From Eledone cirrhosa (lineage: Eukaryota), in assembly GCA_964016885.1 (NCBI GenBank), contig OZ024753.1, positions 32,612,001 to 32,676,000 on the forward strand: a DNA stretch of 64,000 nt. The letters are read 5' to 3'. The notes under the pieces were generated by a model. The model did no database searches, was not told the origin of the DNA, and worked only from the letters and a program-made list of their open reading frames with translations. Position 1 is the stretch's first letter; every line of letters starts with the position of its first letter. The translations under genes were made by a program, and so were the position numbers. Shown one piece after another: positions 55,590 through 64,000 of the stretch.

Positions 55590-55760
55590 GAATAGACAGC
55601 TCATGAAATTAACTTGTAAATGGATGTGGCATTAATTAGACACGTGTACCCTTACATGAGGGTGATTCGGCCTGACAGAGTGTGGCAAAGTTGGCCTTTT
55701 GAAACAAGGAAACAACTCATACTCACCATCCGTTAAATGGATTGGAGAATGGGAAATATA
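55590..55760 (+). repeat. Degenerate interspersed repeat; related copies at ~59440-59545 and ~63010-63190
   Basis: Shared blocks such as CAGCTCATGAAATTAAC / CAGCCCGTGAACTAAC, ACACGTGTACCCTTA / ACATATGTACCCATAAC and GTTTCAATGATGAGCATTC / GTTTCAACGATAAGTATTCC, compared by eye. Confidence 0.45.
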
Positions 55761-56044
55761 TTATCTACTTCGAGTAGACAACACGTTTACATCGGCATAC
55801 TTGGGTTTCGGTGAAATCATTCAATATCTGACAAATATATAGTTTCTCTTTAAACTATTTCAGTGAGAGACATAGCAATTTAGTTGATTGGTTGGCACAT
55901 TTACTTGGTTGGATATGGATGTGTGTGTGTGCGTGTGTGTGTAAATATATAGCTGCGACCGACTAATTACATTATGAAACATATATCAGTAACTACCACG
56001 TTTATCTTTTTTTTTTTAAACTTTTCTTGCAGGTCTACATTATT

Positions 56045-56216
56045 GGATTGGCAGTATCGGTAGAGGGTCGGACGCCATGCTTTCCAGCATAGTTACGTCC
56101 CTTTATGATCTGAGTTCAAATTGACTTTGCCTTTCATCCTTACGGGGTCGATAAAATAAAGTACCAGTAATGTACTGGGTAATTGCTGGCCTTGTGCCTA
56201 AAGTAGAGACAATTAT
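56045..56216 (+). mobile_element. tRNA-type SINE (small deletion after the B-box)
   Basis: Family head, core and tail all present. Confidence 0.9.
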
Positions 56217-56227
56217 TTAATGTCTCT

Positions 56228-56420
56228 AAAGGGCGGTGAATTGGCAGTATCGATAGAGGGTCGGACGCCATGCTTTGACGTATAGAGTTACGGCCCTTGC
56301 CATTCTGAGTTCAAATCCCGCCGAGGTTAACTTTGCCTTTCATCCTTACGGGGTCGATAAAATAAAGTACCAGTAATGCACTGGGTAATTGCTGGCCTTG
56401 TGCCTAAAGTAGAAACAATT
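56228..56420 (+). mobile_element. tRNA-type SINE, full length, inserted at the tail of the preceding copy
   Basis: Flanked by direct repeat AATTATTTAATGTCTCT (56211-56227 and 56417-56433). Confidence 0.9.
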
Positions 56421-56762
56421 ATTTAATGTCTCTTTTCTCGTTTTTTGAAGAGGTATTAATATGCGAATTGATAATGATTTGGTTGTTTTTTAATAAGTGC
56501 GGTTAAACTTATCACAGACGCAGCATTGGAGTCACAAAAGAAAAAAAATCGGAGCTACCGAATAAAGTTTCTGAAAGCGGGTTGGGGGTGAGAATAAAGA
56601 AATGAGAAAGTTATAGGAAAAACAGAAAATAAATTATTTGATATTTAAAGAAAAAAAATAGATAGATATAATGTTTCATTTTTTTAAAAGATATTGAATA
56701 AAGTCTTTATTTTTTTTGCATGTATGTATAATGTCATTATATATATTCTGTCTGTGCACATG

Positions 56763-56975
56763 AAGGTAAGTGACTGGTAGAATCCTAGTAGCATCGAACA
56801 AAATGCTTCGCACTATTACGGCCTTTTACGTTCTGAGTTCGAATACCGCCAAATTCAACTTCGCCTAGGATCTTTCCGATATCAATAAAATAACGTTTCA
56901 ATCAAGTACTGGAGTCATTTAATCGATATTCCACTTCCCATATTGCTGGCCTCGTCTTAATTAGAAACGATTATA
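56763..56975 (+). mobile_element. Older, diverged SINE of a related family
   Basis: CTGGTAGAATC...AAAATGCTT...TTCTGAGTTCGAATACCGCC...CAACTTCGCCT...ATTGCTGGCCTCGT...TAGAAACGATTA. Confidence 0.7.
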
Positions 56976-57117
56976 TAATATAAAATCATCTTGTATGAAT
57001 TTATACATAATATTCGGCAAGGGCAGCCGTAACTCGTGCCGAAAACTAAAACTAAAATTAGAATGTTATTTCTTGCCCTAGCACAGCTGATACATAAATA
57101 TAAGTATGTATGCATAC

Positions 57118-57121
<4 letters not shown>

Positions 57122-57180
<59 letters not shown>

Positions 57181-57464
57181 GTTTGAATATGTATCATAAA
57201 GCCAAAACAATGCAGGTATGAACATAGAAAAAAGAATGCAATTGCAAAAGATATTGTTGACAAATCGTCTTTTACCTTAGATTTATTTAAATGTCCTTAA
57301 TTTTCGAGATAATATCTCTTCTTCAGAGGGAAATAAATGTCTTAAACCAGCCTTCTAAATATCTTGCCAAGCCATGCTGACAGGAAATAGTATAGAGGCT
57401 TTATTATACATATTCAAACGTTTATACCTCATTACACAATGCTTCAAGTGAACTATAACCTCCT

Positions 57465-57517
<53 letters not shown>
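57122..57517. mobile_element. ~290-bp insert between two (TA)n tracts, with a 30-bp inverted repeat and a hammerhead motif (putative Penelope-like remnant)
   Basis: 57174-57203 is the reverse complement of 57397-57426 (1 mismatch); hammerhead motif at 57281-57338 on the minus strand; (TA)n at 57122-57176 and 57467-57517. Confidence 0.55.
57281..57338 (-). ncRNA. Minimal type I hammerhead ribozyme motif
   Basis: Minus strand AUUUAUUU-CCCU-CUGAAGA-A-GAGAU(AUU)AUCUC-GAAA-AUUA-AGG...AAAUAAAU: 5-bp stem II, palindromic AAUU stem III, UUA triplet, bulged stem I. Confidence 0.6.
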
Positions 57518-57520
<3 letters not shown>

Positions 57521-57680
57521 TTAATTATACTATTTATGGTTATGTAAATACAAAAACCTTTTGCAGTTATATATATTTTTATACAAACCCTAAATAGTGG
57601 TAGGCAGTAATATATTACTACCTTATTACCAGTAAGTTATGTAGCTCAATGTAAAACCATCAGATGATTTACAGAGCAGT

Positions 57681-57781
57681 TATATGACATATAAGAATCA
57701 AAGAACTGTTCAAAACATTTTTATGCTTTTTTTAAGCATAAAAATGTTTTGAACAGTTCTTTGATTCTTATATCTCATATA
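57681..57781. repeat. Fold-back palindrome (48-bp arms, 1 mismatch, T5 loop) abutting (TA)n
   Basis: 57681-57728 versus 57734-57781. Confidence 0.95.
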
Positions 57782-57830
57782 TATATATATATATACATAC
57801 ACACACATATATAAACATCTACGTATGGGT

Positions 57831-57863
<33 letters not shown>

Positions 57864-58025
57864 AGGCTGACCGAGATACTCTCATAGAATGACCAAATGA
57901 GGTTTATTGTCAACATAGACCCTGGATAGAAAAATAGAAACTATGCAGTTCTTAGTAAAGAGTGTTATGCAAGCTCTCACACTCTACCACCAGTCCTTCA
58001 TAGTCAGCCGATGAACTTTTCTGTC

Positions 58026-58229
58026 TACCTATGTATAAGGTATATAATTGTTTCTACTTTAGGCACAAGGCCAGCAAATTATCCAGTGCATTACTGGTAC
58101 TTTATTTTATCGACCCCGTAAGGATGAAAGGCAAAGTCAATCTCGGCGGGATTTGAACTCAGATCGTAAAGGGACATAACTATGCTGGAAAGCATAGTGT
58201 CTGACCCTCTACCGATACTGCCAATTCAC
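58026..58229 (-). mobile_element. tRNA-type SINE
   Basis: Reverse complement of the family head, core and tail. Confidence 0.9.
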
Positions 58230-58474
58230 TTATTGTTATTTAGCGCTTGGTCCAAGTTAACGGATCATACGCCTTTGAGACATGTGTAAACCACTATTCA
58301 GTGAAATATCAGGCATTTACGCATACGTTACCTGATATGTCCCTCACAACGGTATAATGTGATTTATGAAAGATGTGACTGTTCTTTCTAGCAGAGTGAG
58401 CACCAGGTAAAATCTAAGTGGTTTATACATAGAAGTGTAGTAGTCGTCGATGTTTCAAATGTAATAGTATTGAT

Positions 58475-58538
58475 ATAGCAGCAACAGCAGTAGTAATAAT
58501 AGCAGTAAAAGTAGCAGTAGCAGTAGTAGTAGTAGTAT

Positions 58539-58574
<36 letters not shown>

Positions 58575-58588
58575 TAGTAGTAGTAGTA
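58475..58588. repeat. (GTA)n/(GCA)n microsatellite
   Basis: Seen directly. Confidence 0.9.
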
Positions 58589-58719
58589 TACATTATGTGT
58601 TGCTGAATTAAGATTTACCTTTAGCAATATAGGTGTGGCTTTATGTCTACATATCAAGTCTGGCTTTGTTAAAGAGCCACGCGACTATAAATACCTGTGT
58701 GATGATGGTTTGTATTATA

Positions 58720-58847
58720 CACACATACATATATATAAATATATATTATATATATATATATATATATATTTCTATATATATCTACATATATATAAACATA
58801 TATGTATATACATATAGGTCTGTATTTCTATATGTGTGTATTTGTGT

Positions 58848-58888
<41 letters not shown>

Positions 58889-58923
58889 CACACACACACA
58901 TATATATATATATATTAATAATA

Positions 58924-59016
<93 letters not shown>

Positions 59017-59066
59017 GTGAAGGAGAGAGGGAGAGGGAGAGAGGTAGAGAGAGGGAGAGAGAGAGA
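58720..59066. repeat. Compound (TA)/(TG)/(CA)/(GA) microsatellite cluster
   Basis: Seen directly; explains four listed ORFs. Confidence 0.92.
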
Positions 59067-59589
59067 TGTATACACAGTGGTTTATAATTAATCGGTCTCT
59101 TCCTTCCTTCAGATTGATATCTTAATGATGGTAGTCACGCACGCACGCACACAGACACTACATACGCATGCACAATCACATGTACAAACACATGCACACA
59201 CTTATGCTTACGCACAGATACAAAAATATGTGCGCACACATACACGCACATACAATCATATGCATACAATCAGACGTTAATATATACGCACAAATACAAA
59301 CGCATTGACGCATACACGTACCGTGAGTATTATAACACGTTCGGTTTCGATCTGTAGGTGTATATATACTGGGTTCATTTAGAATTTACCTAGTTTAGTG
59401 TAGCGCCTATATTTAATTAAGATAATGATGGATCTGCCGTCGGTTTCAATGATGAGCATTCAATGTGTCGATTAACTGAACGTCCAGCCCGTGAACTAAC
59501 GGGGAAGTGCTTGAATATGCACTGACACTTAACGGATTTCCTACGTCGTATCAGAGTATCAGAACACCATCGTGTGATGGTCTTTCACA

Positions 59590-60078
59590 GTCTTCGCTTA
59601 TCTAATTTCACTGAAAAGGCTGGGATAAATGTTGTGGAAGCTGCTGCAAGAATATGGGATCGATGGACAGTTTCTTGTTGCCCTGATGTCTCTATACGAA
59701 TGATTTAATATACTAGATAGATTCCGCTGTTCGTAGATCAGTGAGCCATTCTAGGTCGAGCAGCAACTTCTCTGAATTGTGATATCACAGCTCCGATATA
59801 ACGGACATGTGGTTAGAATGTCTCAGGAAAGAATCGCTAAACTGATTTTACATGCAAAACCAATCGACAAGAGGCTCAGGGCTAGACCATAAGAAATCAG
59901 TTTGGATTACGTCCCTGAGTTTGGCTGGTCTTATTTGGAAATCCAGTTGGATCAATTGGAGACGGATCATTCTGACAGGACCCGTTGGGGGGATTGTTTG
60001 AGGACTCATCCTGAGAGGGTCGTGGAGGCTAAGTGGGAGAAGAAGAAAAAAAAGAAAAAGAAAAAGAAGAAAAAAAAA
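59590..60078 (+). mobile_element. Decayed, internally deleted RTE-clade LINE (Rex3/Expander-like) with GAA/A-rich tail
   Basis: MLWKLLQEYGIDGQFLVALMSLYE (~59629-59700, RT-domain segment), then VEQQLL*IVISQLRYNGHVVRMSQERIAKLILHAKPIDKRLRARP*EISLDYVPEFGWSYLEI. Matches the recalled RTE C-terminal 'QLRWFGH..RM...RP.GRP..RW.D' pattern. Confidence 0.8.
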
Positions 60079-60354
60079 CATCTATATTGAATTATTATTG
60101 AATTATAATATTTATGTAGAAATCAAAAGTTATTTACTTATTTATTTCTTGATACTCCGGAACAGAACAAGTATTGCGGACTTACTTCATCATATTGTAA
60201 TCTAATTTACGAAAGAAGACACTTCGCACTGGTTCGATTATATTATTTATAACTACATACATACCTATCAATCTATCTCTTGATTTACCTAGGTTTTAAT
60301 TATCTAATTACACTATATGTCTACGTACATACGTTTCTCATTCGGGCACACTCA

Positions 60355-60370
60355 CATATATATATATATT

Positions 60371-60414
<44 letters not shown>

Positions 60415-60418
60415 GAAA

Positions 60419-60461
<43 letters not shown>

Positions 60462-60720
60462 AATGTAATTTTCTACACAAAACGAAGGTTATAGAGAAAA
60501 TTGAGGTTGGTAATGGCACATGGAATATATAAGAGACAGAATACTTTTTTGTGAAAAAACATATAATTTTATAAGGTAAGGAAATAATAAAGGGTATAAA
60601 AAAATGACCGGTTTCGATGGGTCTGCAAAAGCCATCTTTTCAAATGTTGATTAATATTAAGAATATATATATATATATTAATTTCTCTATTTCCATTTAT
60701 ATATATATATGACATATATA
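60355..60720. mobile_element. (TA)n-embedded insert with inverted flank duplication and hammerhead motif (putative Penelope-like remnant)
   Basis: AAATAGAGAAATTAATATA... (60408-60437) is inverted at 60663-60692; hammerhead motif at 60601-60648 on the minus strand. Confidence 0.5.
60601..60648 (-). ncRNA. Minimal type I hammerhead ribozyme motif, U3:A8 core variant
   Basis: Minus strand AACAU-UUGAAAA-GAUGG(11 nt)CCAUC-GAAA-CCGG-UC-AUUUU: 5-bp stem II, palindromic ACCGGU stem III, GUC triplet; stem I is weak. Confidence 0.6.
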
Positions 60721-61239
60721 CTACATATAGTTAGAGGAAAATTCGTTATTTCCTGCACAGGCAGCTTCAAGAATGTTAAATACAGGAAGCATAAGGTGGT
60801 GTAATTCTCATCTCATATTTAGCCAGAATTCTTAACAGTAACCTCATAGCACCCATATTTGTTCTAACAGTTAGCACTTCCTAAGGATTGTACTGGTTAT
60901 GAATGAGTGCTATTCCAACTACGCAATGGGGTCGTAGTCGAATATAGAAACTATGTAATATGTCTCTCATCTACATATCAGTAACTGACACAGTCGGTGG
61001 TTGTTTTGCCGGGAAGGTTGAGATATAATTTAGTAAACGTGTGAGGTTTAATTCTTTCCCCAGAGATCTGGTAAATAAGATCGAATGTATATGTAGGGAT
61101 TGCGCTTGCGTGAGTTGTGGTTGGCTTCATTTCAATATGGATGTATTTGCGTTAAAGTTAAAATAAATGTTGGTTTTGATTATATATATATATATACACA
61201 CACATCAGTATGGATTCAGTTTGAAACTAGTTAGATCAT

Positions 61240-61288
61240 TATATATATATGTGTGTGTGTGTGTGTATGTGTGTGTGTGTGTGTGTGT
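61240..61288. repeat. (TA)n-(TG)n microsatellite
   Basis: Seen directly. Confidence 0.9.
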
Positions 61289-62303
61289 TTTACATTATTG
61301 ATTAATACGTAAAGTAATTAATAATATTGTCTGACAAAAGTATAGTTTAATCAGTGCTATAGGTAGTCACTATTAGAACTTAAAGTCAGCTCAACTTATA
61401 TAAAATTTAAGAATTTCATTAGGAGCAGTAACATAAAAGTTCATATGTTTCTGTTCCTAACGCTAAGTTTTAGCAGAGCTGATTCTTTGCAGACCAAACG
61501 CATTACTGTTTCAATCATTTCCATTGGCCTGTCTATATCCGATCAATAAATATTAATTGTTATTTCCATACCTATCAAATAATGTTTGATTGACGAATGA
61601 CTGTGGTCTTGATAATAAAATATCACTGAGCCCCAGTTTTATTTACCATATAGCATAAAAAACAACGAAGAAGCCTCTCTGGGGCTGCTTAGTATGTTTA
61701 AAATATCAAGTAAGTATCTCTGCAATCACACATTACCGCCTTCAGTTACTAGAACTACCATTTGGCTATTGTATCCTGATTGAAAATATATCTGAAAATA
61801 CAGGATGGTCGCGGTTGGAATGTATATTATAATATATATATTAGTGAGTTAGTTTAGATGAATTAGCGAAAATTCAGGAACATCAGACAGAAAATCGTTT
61901 ACATTAGCGCCACTGAAATATACATAAAATGTAAGCTTTGATATGTTATTGAACATAAAGGAGTGGGGAGCATACTGTGATCAACTAAGCATTAAATTAG
62001 TATACAATTGGTGAATTGACTGAATGCGGCAAATTGACTGAACGCGACGAATTGGCACAAGCATTTATAGCGGTATTTAATCTGCATGTTGCCTTTTATC
62101 GTTTCCAGTACATAAATCAAGTATTAGTCTAGGGCGTTGCATTGGTACAATTGTAAGTTCAGGGGTTGCTTTGCAATATTTGAATCAGGATTTTCGTGTG
62201 CAAGCAACATACTAGGGTAGGAGACATACTCTATCCCTGGTTTAACATTCACTGCTGGATAAATATGACTGTGATCTTGAACCATATATAATTGTATGGC
62301 ATT

Positions 62304-62490
62304 GCGGTGGATTGGCAGTATCGGTAGAGGGTCGGACGCCATGCTTTCCAGCATAGTTACGTCTCTTTACAATCTGAGTTCAAATCCCGCTGAGGTTGAC
62401 TTTGCCTTTCATCCTTACGGGGTCGATAAAATAAAGTACCAGTAATGTACTGGTTAATTGCTGGCCTTGTGCCTAAAGTAGAAACAATTA
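62304..62490 (+). mobile_element. tRNA-type SINE, near full length
   Basis: A-box-like TGGCAGTATCGG, B-box GAGTTCAAATCCC, family core and tail. Confidence 0.9.
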
Positions 62491-62690
62491 TATAGTATAT
62501 GATTTTACGATATAGAATAATATATAATGTACATGATGTGATATTGTTTAAATCATGTTATATTGTACAATATTCTGTACGGCATAATATTGTCAAACTG
62601 CAATATATATATTTTGATAACGTGTAGTATCGGGTGCTATGTTAAGTAAATCATATTGTATATTTAAAGACGTCATGATGTTGAGTAATA

Positions 62691-62903
62691 CGAGGTATGT
62701 TAAAAAAGTATCCAACTTTGGGTTATAAAAACACTAACTTTGTACATTTCACAGGCTTTATTTAATCACCATCAAAATACTCCCAGTGGGAGTTCACACA
62801 CTTCTAGCAGTTCTGCCACTGCTGGAAACACCTCTGGAACGCCTTATCCGGAATACTATGGAGCTCGGCCTTCGTCTATCTCATAATTTCCTCTCACAAC
62901 TCG
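62691..62903 (-). mobile_element. Internally deleted mariner (Tc1/mariner) remnant with transposase C-terminus
   Basis: TA|CGAGGTATGTTAAAAAAGTATC end and ...AACTCG|TA other end. Minus-strand 62893-62762 translates EEIMR*TKAELHSIPDKAFQRCFQQWQNC*KCVNSHWEYFDGD*, resembling mariner 'FQ.W..RW.KCV...GEYFEGD' termini. Confidence 0.8.
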
Positions 62904-63383
62904 TATATCAAGGTGAGATCGTGTGTAACATAATGTTGTATGAAATAGGTATATTTCATATAATGTTGTATATTAAATGAGTCTATGGGTCGCAAATGTA
63001 TCTCCATCAGTTTCAACGATAAGTATTCCAGTTGCTGGTTAATGAAACCGTTCACTTATTAAGGTTCCGTGGATGTAGCTGGATATTCCACAAACATATG
63101 TACCCATAACGTAATTCTCAGAAAAATCTACCGCATTAAATTACAAGTACGATCCATCCGATGGGATTTCAATTAAATTTGGTTCTCTCAATTTCATTCG
63201 CAAAGATAGAGTCAATCCTGGGTTGTAGTAAATGACATTTTCCTAAGAAGACATAGTGGGTGATCGAATGCAGAATCTCATGATTGTGAAACAAAATTCT
63301 AAACATATCTGTCCTGACTGCATCCATTCTGTTATAGTAATACGTGTAATAAACGATGTAATAACACTGTCTGTTAGATAATG

Positions 63384-63587
63384 GTTTCTTATATAGGCAC
63401 AAGGCCAGCAATTTTGGGGGAGGGGAAAATCGATTAAATCGACCCCAGTAGGTTGCTGGTGCTTTATTTTATCGACCCCGTAAGGATGAAAGGCAAAGTT
63501 AACCTCGGCGGGATTTGAACTCAGACTGTAAAGGACCGAAAGTCTATGCTGCAAAGCATGGCGTCCGACCCTCTACCGATATTGCCT
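63384..63587 (-). mobile_element. tRNA-type SINE with perfect 19-bp target-site duplication
   Basis: TSD CACTGTCTGTTAGATAATG at 63365-63383 and 63588-63606. Confidence 0.93.
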
Positions 63588-64000
63588 CACTGTCTGTTAG
63601 ATAATGTTACATAATACATCTTGTTTGATGTTCCTTCTTGGTGAAACAAATCGGGAGGACATTTACTTTGATAGATACATTTTCTAGCGAAATATTCAGA
63701 AAATGTTACAGCATCATGTATAAGACGGATATCCGGTGCGCAGATTTCATGACTGAATTTCAATTTCCGGTCGACAACCACTTCATTGAAATCAATAATA
63801 ACATTGAGAATGCTACTAATGTCACCGAATATAATTTTGTATTCAATACAAGTATGAAGATGTTCAAATGAGAAAGAAAGTGACGTATTAAGAGTGCAGA
63901 GTTATAGAAACAAGAAACTTTCACGGTGGGGACCTTGAGGACCACGGCGTAGTATCGAATTTCCGGCTTATTCAATCTGTACAACGATTTATCGATATTA

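Noticed and set aside
59848-60090. ORFs 59848..60081 (-) and 59902..60090 (+) as host genes
   Set aside because: They belong to the decayed RTE LINE C-terminus and its A/GAA-rich tail.

Overview
Eukaryotic, AT-rich, microsatellite-dense non-coding DNA. The repeat families look invertebrate and probably octopod cephalopod (inference from recall, not verified). About 45 kb (~5003-50191) is one tandem array of a 31-bp monomer (TCTATCTGGTCAGTTACACTTCAGTGTGTAA, ~1,450 copies) with nested higher-order duplications of 92, 682, ~1,600, ~4,000, 9,049 and 13,298 bp. The flanks carry about ten copies of a tRNA-type SINE, a hAT MITE with an 8-bp TSD, a mariner remnant, an RTE LINE remnant and a Dong/R4-like 3' end beside (AAT)n. 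No intact host gene is supported; most listed ORFs are repeat artefacts. The most notable signal is five mutually unrelated type I hammerhead-ribozyme motifs (3055+, 3274+, 50660-, 57281-, 60601-). Each is followed by a ~70-145 nt AT-rich tail ending in (TA)n, and three are tied to inverted duplications. This suggests a diverse set of (TA)n-targeting Penelope-like or retrozyme-like elements. All folds were derived by eye.
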